A DNA stretch of 64,000 nucleotides from assembly GCA_965207885.1 (NCBI GenBank), contig OZ242311.1:2464001-2528000 (forward strand). Direction: 5' to 3'. The notes beneath the pieces were generated by a model. That model had not been told where the DNA came from. It was given only the letters and a program-made list of their open reading frames with translations, and made no database searches. Positions 28,915 through 39,260 of the stretch are shown here, piece after piece. The position numbers were made by a program, and so were the translations under genes. The DNA is from Candidatus Latescibacterota bacterium. GTDB taxonomy: Bacteria; Latescibacterota; UBA2968. Numbering within the stretch: the first letter of the stretch is position 1; the number at the start of each line of letters is the position of its first letter.

Positions 28915-29523
28915 TCAGTCAAGAAGATATGGGAGCGCGCTGGGGCGAAATCTGAACAGGTCAATCCATTCAGGAGATGTGGATCTGTCCAGGGTGAAAA
29001 AGAATTCGAGAAAGCTGCCTTTTTCGATTATCTTGAGCCATTGTCGCGTGCGTTCTCGTTGCTCGGGCGAGATCGGGTTTACGTCTATCCGCACCTGCAA
29101 AGTGATAGGCTCGTCGGGAAAGGGAAGCTGAGCCAGTGCGACGCCCTGAAGGTCAGAACACGCGTGTCGAATGTCTTCAAAATGAGACGTAATCTGCGTG
29201 TCTGGTCGTGCGGATTGCCGGATGAGGCGATATTGCCCTTCCCAGATGTCGTGTTCCAAACGCCTGAGCAAGCTGCTTTGTCCCAGATTATCTCCGCGGC
29301 CTGTCCGCAGGCGAAATTGCACGGCGATAGATGTCGTCATGCCCGATTCAATGGCGTCAATGGCCCGTTTTGAAAAGAGAGAATCGATGGTTGCATCGAG
29401 GCGCAGGGTGTCGGCTTGTACATAAATATAAAGACTGTCTTGCGGTATGTGTTGTGCAAGTACGGGTTGCATGCTGGCAAGCGTGCAAACTGTGAGTGTC
29501 TGGATGATGAAGAACCGGGCCAT
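28915..29523 (-). CDS. DUF4390-like periplasmic protein
   Basis: Signal peptide; LEHDIWEGQYRL; position upstream of an NtrY-like kinase. Confidence 0.65.
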   Translation of the reverse strand: MARFFIIQTLTVCTLASMQPVLAQHIPQDSLYIYVQADTLRLDATIDSLFSKRAIDAIESGMTTSIAVQFRLRTGRGDNLGQSSLLRRLEHDIWEGQYRLIRQSARPDTQITSHFEDIRHACSDLQGVALAQLPFPDEPITLQVRIDVNPISPEQRERTRQWLKIIEKGSFLEFFFTLDRSTSPEWIDLFRFRPSALPYLLD

Positions 29524-29530
29524 CTCGTCC

Positions 29531-30799
29531 TCACAGACCAATTTTGACGCCGGCAAAGCGATGTGATTTTACGATGAGTGTTCCCGTGCTGATTCCATAG
29601 CTGATATCTACGCGGTTAAAGAGCAGCATGCCCACGCCAAAAGCGAAGTCGGCATCTCGCCGACTTTTGCTATTTACAGAGCGATGTACACCGCCGCTTT
29701 CGGCAAAGGCATATACCCGCCCCAGGGTTTTGAGATCGATGGCATAGAGGGCTTCAGCCGCAAAAAACAAGGTGCCGCCTTCTGGCCCAATAACGCGGCG
29801 TTCTATACCTCTGAGTTGATTATTCCCATCGAGATAAAAGCGTTCGTAAAAGGGCGGACTTCCCCAGGTGCCCCCTGTTTTGACGCCGAGTGAGAAGATG
29901 TGTCCTGCGGTAACTTGCTGGTGCCGATAGAGTTCCGTGCGAAGTTTGATATAATTTGCAACTGATCCCAAAAGTTTGGAAGATAGTGTAAGTCGGGCGT
30001 TAAAATCCGTGCCTTGTCTCCAGATTGCGCTCACGGGTTGTTTGAACAGGTTAAAAGAAAGTGTGGAGAGAGCTTCCCGCCCTACGGCAGCTTTAATTTC
30101 ATTGGCGAAGATCCCACCGCCCGTGGGGATGGAAGGGTGTTGAAAGTCGCCGATTTGTATGGCTTCAAAAGCGTATTTTAAGACGAAATGGTAGGCGCGC
30201 AGGGGAGAGGGTTGACCAAAACCCATGGCAAATCCGATGCGTTCGAGATCGTAGCGCCCTCTGATATCGGGGTTTCGATCGCGAAAGATGTCGCGGTCTG
30301 CAGAAGACCCCGTTACTTGAATGTGAAATGCCTGATTGGTTTTGAGAAAGAGCGGATCGCTATAGTGAAACCCCCAGTATTTGAAGCGTTCTCCCAAACC
30401 GTATTCTACGCCGACTAATTTTCCTTCGCCACGCAGATTGGCATAATGCGCATTTGCGGACGCGCCAAAGCCATCGAGTTCGGAATATTCAAGGCTCATG
30501 CCCAGGTCGCCGAAACGCTTTTCCTGTACATAGACCACGAGAATGGCTTTGCCTTTTTCTGCACCGGGCTTGACATTGACATATGCAGTTCGGAAAAGTA
30601 GCAATCGCTCGAGGATTACGCGGCAGCGGTCGATGTCCCCTTCGTGCAGGTTATCCCCCACTTTTATGGGTAAGACCCGGCGAATGATTTCAACACGGGT
30701 TTTTTCATTGCCGCGCACTTCAATCTTTTCTATTTCATGCCCAATTTGTCCCAGGGCAGGGGTGGCAAACAGGCAGAGCAGGATGAGGTATTTGTACAT
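29531..30799 (-). CDS. Omp85/BamA-TamA family outer-membrane protein with one POTRA domain
   Basis: Signal peptide, IEVRGNEKTR POTRA, FYLDGNNQLRG barrel motif. Confidence 0.8.
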   Translation of the reverse strand: MYKYLILLCLFATPALGQIGHEIEKIEVRGNEKTRVEIIRRVLPIKVGDNLHEGDIDRCRVILERLLLFRTAYVNVKPGAEKGKAILVVYVQEKRFGDLGMSLEYSELDGFGASANAHYANLRGEGKLVGVEYGLGERFKYWGFHYSDPLFLKTNQAFHIQVTGSSADRDIFRDRNPDIRGRYDLERIGFAMGFGQPSPLRAYHFVLKYAFEAIQIGDFQHPSIPTGGGIFANEIKAAVGREALSTLSFNLFKQPVSAIWRQGTDFNARLTLSSKLLGSVANYIKLRTELYRHQQVTAGHIFSLGVKTGGTWGSPPFYERFYLDGNNQLRGIERRVIGPEGGTLFFAAEALYAIDLKTLGRVYAFAESGGVHRSVNSKSRRDADFAFGVGMLLFNRVDISYGISTGTLIVKSHRFAGVKIGL

Positions 30800-30834
30800 G
30801 ATGGTAGCACTCGTGTGGTTTTTAGATACAAGTA

Positions 30835-30850
30835 TGCAAAAACCGTGCCC
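30835..30850 (-). promoter_or_regulatory. sigma54 promoter (-24/-12) GGGCACGGTTTTTGCA
   Basis: GG-N10-GC spacing, close to the TGGCACG-N4-TTGC consensus, 35 nt upstream of the ATG. Confidence 0.7.
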
Positions 30851-31006
30851 GTTTCGTGAAACTTTTCGGTATAGAAATAAAATTTGGAAAAATAAGAAGT
30901 TGTGCGTATATCTAATGTCTGAAACCCGATATGCGTTGTGTGAAACAATACGACATGTGTATCTTTTTTGCAACAGGATTGCGGAATAACATTCTGGAGG
31001 GTGTAA

Positions 31007-31855
31007 ATGATGTCGGTTTCTCGTATTCTCGAAAAACTCAAGCGCGATGGGTTTTACGTGGTTGGAAATGTGATTCCCGAAGATGAGGTGGATACCGTGC
31101 GGCAAGCCATAGTGGCAGCACAGGCGCAAAAACACGCAGAGTCAGAGGCGGCACTGGCAGCAACCCGGGCGAAGGGACATCGCGTTGGCGCAGAGGGTGT
31201 GGCGAGTTTGCGGCAGGTGATTAATGAGACGCAGATTTTCGCACCTTATCTGGCAAGTCGAAAGATGATGGATGTGGTGGATGCGCTGTTTGGACCTTAT
31301 GCGCGCGTTTCTTGCACGGATTGTGTGATCAATTATCCGGGCAATGAAAGGGGGTACTGGCACGCGGATTGGCCGTATAATGCGACCAATGCGTCGCATG
31401 TTCCCGCGCCGTATCCCGATGCATTATTGCATTTGTCGTCTATCTGGATGTTGACGGCGTTTAATGAGGAAAATGGCGGGACATTTCTCGTGCCGGGCAG
31501 TCATCGATGGCTCGATAACCCGGCGGCAGGTGGGATGGACGATGTGGATCAGGATGCGCCGTATCCCTCCGAGATGCAGGTGAAGGGCGCAGCGGGCAGT
31601 GTGCTGATTTACGATAGTCGATTGTGGCATGCAGTGGCATCAAATCAGAGTGACCAACCGCGCGTGGCTTTGATTGTGCGCTATGCCCCGTGGTGGTTGA
31701 ATTTGAATCCGTCGCATATTGGCAAACCCGAGCACGAGATGATGGTGGTGGAGACAGGTGGCAAGAATTACGAATCTATACCATTGCAAAAGGAGGTGTA
31801 CGACGGGTTGCCGGAAGATGTGAAGCCTTTGTACCGTCACTGGGTTGAACAATAG
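31007..31855 (+). CDS. PhyH family dioxygenase
   Basis: WHADWP, NGGTFLVPGSH, DSRLWHA. Confidence 0.88.
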   Translation: MMSVSRILEKLKRDGFYVVGNVIPEDEVDTVRQAIVAAQAQKHAESEAALAATRAKGHRVGAEGVASLRQVINETQIFAPYLASRKMMDVVDALFGPYARVSCTDCVINYPGNERGYWHADWPYNATNASHVPAPYPDALLHLSSIWMLTAFNEENGGTFLVPGSHRWLDNPAAGGMDDVDQDAPYPSEMQVKGAAGSVLIYDSRLWHAVASNQSDQPRVALIVRYAPWWLNLNPSHIGKPEHEMMVVETGGKNYESIPLQKEVYDGLPEDVKPLYRHWVEQ

Positions 31856-31883
31856 TTTGAAGTTACAGTAATGGAGACTCGAT

Positions 31884-32717
31884 ATGACGCCAGAGCAAAA
31901 GTATTTCTTCGATTTGACGGGATATTTGCACTTAGAGGGCGTGGTGACAGGAGATGCGTTGGCACAAGCGCAAGCAGCGGCTGATCGGTATATGCAAGTG
32001 TCGGATGAGGATTTGCCGCCAGGTTTTCACGTAAATCGCTTGCGAAATCATTTTATCTGGTACCTTTACGGTTTTGCGTTTGACCGCGTACTGGAGGCTT
32101 TGACGCAACATCCCAAAGTGTGGCCGATTGTGAAAGCGCTGATGAATGATCGCCCGCGTTTGACGAGTGGCAATTTGATGGTGAATAATCACACGCACGA
32201 ATTTCATCCCCTGCATTCGGCGCGGGAGAGTCCCAGCAAAGGACCTGAAGCACCGTACTATCTGGCTCGGGACGGAAAATGCCTGTGCGATCATCTGGTG
32301 GTGTTTTTTTATTTGACAGATGTGTATGAAGGCGATGGTGGTTTGATTATTTTGCCGGGTTCACACAAGAGCGCGTTTGATCGGCCAGAGGGGTTTTTTT
32401 ATCCGGGCAACCGGACGCCCGAAGGTGGGTATAATCCGGATTATGTTTCCTATGATGTTCCGCCAGGGGTATTAAACGTGCTTCCCAAAGCGGGCGATGT
32501 GGTGATGATTTCAGAGATGGTGACACACGGTGCGCTGAGTTGGAAGCCGAGGGATCGAGACCGAAGATTTTTGACACTGCGGTACATGCCGCAGTTTGTG
32601 ATGCCGCTCAATGAATTTCCCGATGAAATTGTCGAGCGATTGTTGCCCGAGACACAGGAGCTAATTGCGACAGCATCCTATTCGCAGATTAAGGAAATCG
32701 TGCAAACTGAAAATTAA
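31884..32717 (+). CDS. PhyH family dioxygenase-like protein
   Basis: FFDLTGYL, DGGLIILPGSHK, AGDVVMISEMVTHG. Confidence 0.85.
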   Translation: MTPEQKYFFDLTGYLHLEGVVTGDALAQAQAAADRYMQVSDEDLPPGFHVNRLRNHFIWYLYGFAFDRVLEALTQHPKVWPIVKALMNDRPRLTSGNLMVNNHTHEFHPLHSARESPSKGPEAPYYLARDGKCLCDHLVVFFYLTDVYEGDGGLIILPGSHKSAFDRPEGFFYPGNRTPEGGYNPDYVSYDVPPGVLNVLPKAGDVVMISEMVTHGALSWKPRDRDRRFLTLRYMPQFVMPLNEFPDEIVERLLPETQELIATASYSQIKEIVQTEN

Positions 32718-32728
32718 GGGAGAAGACT

Positions 32729-34051
32729 ATGTCAGAGTTACAGCTTGAGTCTATTGAACCCTGGGCGCCACATCCGACCGCCGCGCCGTTGACAGAGCGC
32801 AGTGGGGATACACTGGCAATTGCTGCAAACGGGACGCGCACCTGTATTGGCGGATGGCAGATCGCGTATTCGGATGTTGAGGCCGGCAAAATATATGAGA
32901 TTGTTGCCCAGTCGCAGTTTCAAGATGTGGATACGGCACGCGATGTGTTGCGCTGTGAGGCGTATTGGGGCCATCTGGATCGGGACAGTGGGCGGCGCGG
33001 CGAAGTTTTGTCCTGGGATTATCTCCTTCCCGAGTGGAACGGCGATACCGTGCAATTTTCGCGGCGTCTCACTGCTCCGGAAGATGCCGAACATCTGACC
33101 GTGCGCTATACGTTTCGCTGGTCGGTTGTGGGATCATCCGAATGGCAATTGCCCAGAGTGATCGCGACAGACGTGGGAGAATCATACAAACCCGTGAAAA
33201 TTTGTGTCGCGACGGGACGGCGAGAAGATCGTGACCGGCGGTTTGAGTCAATTCAGGACAATGTCGATCTTTATTTGTCTTTGTGCGAGGAGATATGTGA
33301 AAAAGAAAAACCCGATTTGATTGTGTTGCCCGAGATCGCATTGCAATACGGGATTAAAGGGAGTCCGTTGGAACTGGCAGTGCCTGTGCCGGGACCCGAG
33401 GCGGAGCCGTTTGCGGATGTTGCGCGCGATTATGGCGTATATGTGCTGTTGGGTGTGCTTGAACGGGATGGCGATGCCGTTCACAATACAGCCGTGTTGT
33501 ACGCACCCGATGGCGGCGTGGATGGCAAATATCGCAAGGTGCATCTGGCGGTGGGTGGCGAGATGGATTCGGGTATTTTGCCGGGTGATGATTTTCCTGT
33601 ATTTGATACAGAGATCGGACGGATTGGGTGCAATATTTGTATGGATTCTTCGGCGGCTGAGTCTTCGCGGATGATCGGGTTAAACGGCGCGGACTTTTTG
33701 TTGTTGCCAATTATGGGCGATCACCGCGCGTGGCATCCAGAAGATCATACGTGGGATCCCGAACGCTTTCGCGGGATTATGCAGACTCGAGCGCTGGACA
33801 ATCAGTTGTGTATGGTGGTGGCGGTAAATCGCGCGGAGGGCAGTTGTATTATTGACCGCACCGGACATGTGCTGGCATGGAATGATGGCAGTGAGCCGTT
33901 TGTGACCGCAGAGGTAAATCTCGTGGATGGATTCAGTCCAAAGAGTCGCGGGTGCTTTCGCGGGATCAACTGGATGCAGCGACGACCACATACCTATCGC
34001 GCTTTTGTCGATGAAAAGAACGCGGGGACCTTGAAAACTGAGGCGTATTGA
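32729..34051 (+). CDS. Carbon-nitrogen hydrolase with an extra N-terminal domain
   Basis: E-K-C triad: LPE, YRKVHL, NICMD. Confidence 0.85.
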   Translation: MSELQLESIEPWAPHPTAAPLTERSGDTLAIAANGTRTCIGGWQIAYSDVEAGKIYEIVAQSQFQDVDTARDVLRCEAYWGHLDRDSGRRGEVLSWDYLLPEWNGDTVQFSRRLTAPEDAEHLTVRYTFRWSVVGSSEWQLPRVIATDVGESYKPVKICVATGRREDRDRRFESIQDNVDLYLSLCEEICEKEKPDLIVLPEIALQYGIKGSPLELAVPVPGPEAEPFADVARDYGVYVLLGVLERDGDAVHNTAVLYAPDGGVDGKYRKVHLAVGGEMDSGILPGDDFPVFDTEIGRIGCNICMDSSAAESSRMIGLNGADFLLLPIMGDHRAWHPEDHTWDPERFRGIMQTRALDNQLCMVVAVNRAEGSCIIDRTGHVLAWNDGSEPFVTAEVNLVDGFSPKSRGCFRGINWMQRRPHTYRAFVDEKNAGTLKTEAY

Positions 34052-34054
34052 GGA

Positions 34055-35602
34055 TTATATGCCGAGCGCGATTTGCTCGCATTCGGCGTATTTTTTAACC
34101 AGTTCGTCATACACTGCGGTGTTGGTGGGCTTAAAGGCGGAGCCGGATATGGGTTCGGCGATGTTCTCGCAGATGTCTTCCCAGGTGGTGTTGAGGTGCG
34201 CGTGCGCTGCGCGGAGAGCCGCGCCGAGGGCTGCGCTGTTGGTGACTTCAAATTGGTGAATGGGGCAGTTTTGCACGTCGGCCATGATTTGAAGGATTTC
34301 GGGATTGACCGATGCCCCGCCTGTGACGTAGATGGCTGATGGACGCACGCCCATCCATTCTGAGTGACTGCGCATGGACATCATTTGTGCCTCGACAACC
34401 GCGCGGCAATTGCCAGCGGCGTCCTGTTCGTGGAGGTCAAAGCGGTGTACGCCGGGAGCGAGGACATTGGGTACGATTTCGGGTTCAAAATAGGGAAGCA
34501 GGATTTTTCCATTATTGCCCGGGGGGGTGGATTGGAGTGCATGGGAAAAACCATTCCAGTCCAGACCATGAGATTGGCGTACGGCTTCGCGGGCGAGGGA
34601 GCCGTTTTTGAAACAGATGAGGGTCATGTAGTCGCCAGTGGGTGAGACAAAGACGTGACCTTCGCCGCGCGGGTCGGTCTGGCAATTTTTCATTGTGCCA
34701 AAGTAGGTGTCGCTGGTGCCGAGCGAGATGGCGACGAGTCCCTCGCGGATTAGACCGAGGCCGATGACGCTGTTGGGATTGTCACCCGACCAGACGAGCG
34801 CCTGTGCATTGGGGTTGACGCCGTATTTATCGACAAAGTAGGGGTTCACAGTGCCGATAATTGCGCGGGATTCTGCAAGTGGAGGCAGGCGATGGGATAG
34901 ATCAGGGGCTGTGGCGGCGCATGCGGCAGCATGATAGGTTCGGGTCTGAATGTCCATCAGGTTCATGCCCGCGCCATCGCCGTGATCGATGGGGGCTGCT
35001 TTGCCCGCGATCAGAGAGGCCATGAAGGAAGAGACGAGCATGATGTGTGCGGTGTTGTTATAAGCATCGGGTTGTGTTTTGTAAAATTTGCGGATCTGTG
35101 GTCCCGTGAAGCGCTCAAAGGTGGTGGATCCCGTGGCGCTGGCTGTGGCTTGAAGACCGCCGAGGGCGTCGCAAATTTCATCGCATTCGGCGCGGGTAGA
35201 GGAGTCCATCCAGATGGGAGATGTGTCGCGAGAGAATATACCGCTGAGGTTTTCTACGAGGGATTTTGATGGGTTGAGATTGGATAAGATATCCGCATTT
35301 TTGAGATAGACAGAGCCGTGTTGTTGCCCCGAGCCAGAGATGGCTCGGATATTGCCGAGGGTTATGCCCTCGGTTTTCATTTTGCCAAAAAGCACATCGA
35401 GAGCTTCGGCCCACATGAGAGGTGGCGAGTGAACAATTTGGGGGTCGGGATGGTCGAGAACGCCATTTTGAGTGCCATAATGCGGTAGCGTTTCGTCGTA
35501 GTTCAGTGAAACATCGTACACGACTTTGCGGGTGTCGATGTCTATGATAATAGCACTCAAGCTCTGCGTGCTGGCGTCAAGCCCGAGATATAGGTTGCTC
35601 AT
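34055..35602 (-). CDS. FGGY family kinase (xylulokinase-like)
   Basis: LGLDASTQS, SGSGQQHGSV, ERFTGPQIRK, GDNPNS, ISLGTSDT. Confidence 0.88.
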   Translation of the reverse strand: MSNLYLGLDASTQSLSAIIIDIDTRKVVYDVSLNYDETLPHYGTQNGVLDHPDPQIVHSPPLMWAEALDVLFGKMKTEGITLGNIRAISGSGQQHGSVYLKNADILSNLNPSKSLVENLSGIFSRDTSPIWMDSSTRAECDEICDALGGLQATASATGSTTFERFTGPQIRKFYKTQPDAYNNTAHIMLVSSFMASLIAGKAAPIDHGDGAGMNLMDIQTRTYHAAACAATAPDLSHRLPPLAESRAIIGTVNPYFVDKYGVNPNAQALVWSGDNPNSVIGLGLIREGLVAISLGTSDTYFGTMKNCQTDPRGEGHVFVSPTGDYMTLICFKNGSLAREAVRQSHGLDWNGFSHALQSTPPGNNGKILLPYFEPEIVPNVLAPGVHRFDLHEQDAAGNCRAVVEAQMMSMRSHSEWMGVRPSAIYVTGGASVNPEILQIMADVQNCPIHQFEVTNSAALGAALRAAHAHLNTTWEDICENIAEPISGSAFKPTNTAVYDELVKKYAECEQIALGI

Positions 35603-35675
35603 GGATACTCCTCAGGATTCATAAATAACGCAAAAACCATCTTTTTGATATTGTTCCGAAAAGGTCAGGATGTCC

Positions 35676-36287
35676 TCACGCTACATGTCGCCGCGATACT
35701 TGCAAAAATCTCACAGCGCGCTGTCCCAGCCGTTTTAACAGATCCAGGTCTTGCCGCGCTTTGGCCAGTATCAAAATGCCTTCGTAATACGCCCACAATG
35801 CCAGAGCTGTTTCCCGCGTATCCATGGGGGATAGATCACTGGCTTCTACCGCCTCGTCGAGTGTTCTTTGTAACCGACCGATTACATCCTCAAAGATGCG
35901 ATCAATTTTATGGCGGATCAGCGGCTCGTGCGCGCTCATCTCCACGGCGAGGTTGCCAAACGGGCATCCGCAAAGCTGTTTGTGCTGCTCGTAAAATTGG
36001 CAATTTTGCTCATAGACCAGTTCAAAAAAACGCGAAATCCGCTCCAGCGGTGGTCGTTCTGATGAAAAAGCCCGCTCCCAGGCGGTCTCTCGTGTAATCT
36101 CCCACCATCTATCTAATGAAGCCAGCACCAGGTCTTGTTTGGTCTCAAAAAAATGGTAAAAACTCCCCTTTTTTACTGCGGCAGCTTTGCACAATTCCTG
36201 TACACCCACGTCGGTATAACTGCGCGTTAAGAACAAGTCCATAGCAGCCTGTATCAGCCGCTCTTTTGCATCGCTCGTGCGTCCCAT
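35676..36287 (-). CDS. TetR/AcrR family regulator (NemR-like)
   Basis: VKKGSFYHFFETKQDL HTH; GCPFGNLAVE. Confidence 0.92.
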   Translation of the reverse strand: MGRTSDAKERLIQAAMDLFLTRSYTDVGVQELCKAAAVKKGSFYHFFETKQDLVLASLDRWWEITRETAWERAFSSERPPLERISRFFELVYEQNCQFYEQHKQLCGCPFGNLAVEMSAHEPLIRHKIDRIFEDVIGRLQRTLDEAVEASDLSPMDTRETALALWAYYEGILILAKARQDLDLLKRLGQRAVRFLQVSRRHVA

Positions 36288-36422
36288 GATGTGCCTTTTA
36301 CGATAGATTCGATAAGTCCGCGTCGTTTTTTGTTTTGCTTTAAATTTTGTAAATTGATAATATGGGCTGTTCTGAAACTAAATATAGTCTATCTAAACCG
36401 ACTTTTCAACAAGGAGCTTCAC

Positions 36423-37052
36423 ATGCGCGTCATTGCAATTGGTACAGAATACACGGGTAAAACTACGCTGGTTCAAGCCATCCAAAAATGGGGCATGGAG
36501 CGCGGTATTCGCCATCACATGGACGATCACTTTTCCATTCCCGATCAGCAAACCCTTACAAATCCCGCAGATCAAAAGGCTATGAACGAAGTGCCATCGC
36601 CCATCAAAGAGCGTTTTCAGCGTTTTCAGATCGCTTATCACGTGCGTCTGGTACACAACTACCAGCATGTCTTGCTCACGGGTTTTCACATTGAGGAAAT
36701 GGTCTATGGCCAACGCTATTATTATCCCGATCTTGCGCGCCCGGTCGAAAATCCCCAGGCATGGGAAAAAGACATGCCCAAAGATATTATTCTGGTGCAT
36801 CTCACAGCCAGTCCTGAGGTCATCAAACAGCGCATGAAAGACGATCCACACGATTATCCCATTGTACCCGAATCGGATATCGAAGAGGTCCAGGAGGCAT
36901 TTCACGAAGAATTTCGCAAGTCATTTTTTAAACAAAAATTTCAGATCGATACATCAGACCTGAATGCAGACACACTTCTCAAAGCCTTTCTCGACGAATC
37001 GTTTCCCTATCTCACCGCCGCTGATCACGCCATTCGGTTGGCGAGACCGTAG
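36423..37052 (+). CDS. P-loop NTPase/kinase-like protein of unknown function
   Basis: RVIAIGTEYTGKTTL Walker A; LVHLTASPEVIKQRM lid as in nucleotide kinases. Confidence 0.7.
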   Translation: MRVIAIGTEYTGKTTLVQAIQKWGMERGIRHHMDDHFSIPDQQTLTNPADQKAMNEVPSPIKERFQRFQIAYHVRLVHNYQHVLLTGFHIEEMVYGQRYYYPDLARPVENPQAWEKDMPKDIILVHLTASPEVIKQRMKDDPHDYPIVPESDIEEVQEAFHEEFRKSFFKQKFQIDTSDLNADTLLKAFLDESFPYLTAADHAIRLARP

Positions 37053-37117
37053 TTAAAGATGAGGGACTGGGGATAGGTTCTCACCTCCTGCCAGTCCAAT
37101 CCTCCGAGGTACTGATC

Positions 37118-38518
37118 TTGCCATCCCCATCTCCTGACATACGCCTCGTGTTCGACGATGGCACGCTCGTTCTTATGGATCCGCCAGCGGACTATGAACC
37201 GCCATCTCCATTTGTATGGGATAGCCGCGTGGGACGCTGGCGTGCTCAGGCGCATCGGTATCGCAATATTGTCGAAGTGTTGCGAGCGCAGGATGTCAAA
37301 ATAAAAAATGTGGTCCCGCGCTACAATCGCCTCAAACTCAATTTTAACCGAGAACACACCCCACATCCGCATCAGGCTGAGGCCTTTGATGCCTGGCAAT
37401 CAAATCAATATCGCGGCGTGGTTGTTCTGCCCACGGGGTCGGGCAAGTCGCTTCTGGCGCTGATGGGTATTGCTGAAGTTGCCCGGAGTACTCTTGTTGT
37501 CGCGCCTACGATTGATCTTATGAATCAGTGGTATGACTTGCTCAAAGATGCCTTTTCATGCGATATCGGCATCCTGGGTGGGGGCTATCACGAGCTTGAA
37601 GATCTCACTGTAACGACCTACGACAGTGCGTATATGCACATGGACCGCTACGGCAATCGCTTTGGTTTTCTGGTTTTTGACGAGGTCCATCACCTGCCCG
37701 GCGAATCCTATTCCCACGGTGCGGAACTTTCTATTGCTCCTTATCGCCTGGGGCTTACAGCCACGCTCGAACGTCCCGATGGTCGCCATCTTATGCTGCG
37801 CGATCTCGTGGGGCCAACTGTTTATGAAAAGGGTATCCGCGACCTGTCTGGCGATTATCTCTCCGAGTACAATACAGAGCGCATAGAAGTCGATATGGTG
37901 GCCGAAGAGCGCGCTGAATACGAAACTGCGCGTTCGCAATTTAGCGCTTTTCTGGAATCCAAGAATCTGCGGTTGGGCAGTGCTTCTGGATGGCAAAATT
38001 TTGTGCGTCTTTCGGCGCGTTCCAGCGATGGCCGAAGGGCGATGCTCGCCTATCGTCGCTATCGAAAAGTCGCGCTGGGCACAACCGCTAAGTTGCGCGT
38101 GCTGGAAGACTTGCTGAAAAAACACCCGCGTGACCGCATGTTGATTTTTACCAACGACAATGAAACTGTTTATACGATTTCAGAGCAATTTCTCATTCCC
38201 GCCATTACGCACCAGACCCGCACAAAGGAGCGCAGGGAAATCCTCAAAGCTTTTAATCAGGGAGATATTCTCGCGCTTGTCACTTCTCGCGTGCTCAACG
38301 AAGGGGTCAACGTGCCCGAGGCCAATGTTGCGGTTGTGCTTTCGGGGACGAGTACGATCCGCGAGCACGTCCAGAGATTGGGGCGCATTTTGCGCCGCCG
38401 CGAAGGCAAACACGCCATTCTCTACGAAGTGATCTCCCGCAATACGGTTGAAGACCGCATTTCTCGCCGCCGCAGGCAACACGATGCGTACGATGGGAAG
38501 CAACGAGAGATGTTTTAG
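37118..38518 (+). CDS. XPB/Ssl2-like DEAD/DEAH-box helicase
   Basis: LPTGSGKS, VFDEVHH, LGLTAT, QRLGRILR. Confidence 0.9.
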   Translation: MPSPSPDIRLVFDDGTLVLMDPPADYEPPSPFVWDSRVGRWRAQAHRYRNIVEVLRAQDVKIKNVVPRYNRLKLNFNREHTPHPHQAEAFDAWQSNQYRGVVVLPTGSGKSLLALMGIAEVARSTLVVAPTIDLMNQWYDLLKDAFSCDIGILGGGYHELEDLTVTTYDSAYMHMDRYGNRFGFLVFDEVHHLPGESYSHGAELSIAPYRLGLTATLERPDGRHLMLRDLVGPTVYEKGIRDLSGDYLSEYNTERIEVDMVAEERAEYETARSQFSAFLESKNLRLGSASGWQNFVRLSARSSDGRRAMLAYRRYRKVALGTTAKLRVLEDLLKKHPRDRMLIFTNDNETVYTISEQFLIPAITHQTRTKERREILKAFNQGDILALVTSRVLNEGVNVPEANVAVVLSGTSTIREHVQRLGRILRRREGKHAILYEVISRNTVEDRISRRRRQHDAYDGKQREMF

Positions 38519-38532
38519 AAGAAGGAGACGCT

Positions 38533-39150
38533 GTGCATATTGAAGATCTCTTTACGCCAGCCCAACGAGTGCTTGTCGCCCGTCTGCACAGCCGAGACCA
38601 GGAGGAACGTCGAGCTGGCTCTAACGATCCGCTGCGCCTCAAGGCCGCCAGCCCAGAGGTGGCACAGTATCTGTGTCTCACCGCGGTTCACCAGCGGGCG
38701 AGAACGCTGGTCGAATTTGGCACGTCGCACGGCTATTCCACTTTGCATCTGGCCGCGGCAGCGCAGCACACGGGAGGCCGCGTTTTTACCCTGGATCAGA
38801 TGCCCAAAAAAACTGCGGCGGCCCGAAGCAATTTGCGAGCCGCAGGGCTGGATCATCTGGTGGAATGCCATACAAGTACCGATGATGTTTTTATCGCTGC
38901 TCTTCCCGATTGTGTGGATTTCGTTTTTGTTGATTTTGGCCTGCACGCATTCGCGCCTATGTTCGATATGCTGGAAAGCCGCCTGGTGCCAGGGGCTTTC
39001 ATCTTTGTCGATGGCTGGTCTGCGGTTGAGCAATGGTACATGGATCCGGATTGGGCCGCTTTTAAGCGTCGCCTGGATGAGGCTCCCGATTATATGACCT
39101 GTATTTTACCCCTGCAAAAGTCGCACCTTATTGCCATTAAGCTATCTTGA
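38533..39150 (+). CDS. Class I SAM-dependent O-methyltransferase-like protein
   Basis: LVEFGTSHGYSTLHLA, DFVFVD, LVPGAFIFVD. Confidence 0.82.
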   Translation: MHIEDLFTPAQRVLVARLHSRDQEERRAGSNDPLRLKAASPEVAQYLCLTAVHQRARTLVEFGTSHGYSTLHLAAAAQHTGGRVFTLDQMPKKTAAARSNLRAAGLDHLVECHTSTDDVFIAALPDCVDFVFVDFGLHAFAPMFDMLESRLVPGAFIFVDGWSAVEQWYMDPDWAAFKRRLDEAPDYMTCILPLQKSHLIAIKLS

Positions 39151-39260
39151 GTGATTCAAGAGAGACGTTGGCGTCTCTGCTGTTGCAATTGGGATAGTAC
39201 AAGGGTATATTCTACCTCATTCATTAAAAAATATAACCCCAAAAAATAGAAAGGCATACC

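Noticed and set aside
36290-36410. NemR-type TetR operator
   Set aside because: No convincing TAGACC-N4-GGTCTA-like palindrome found
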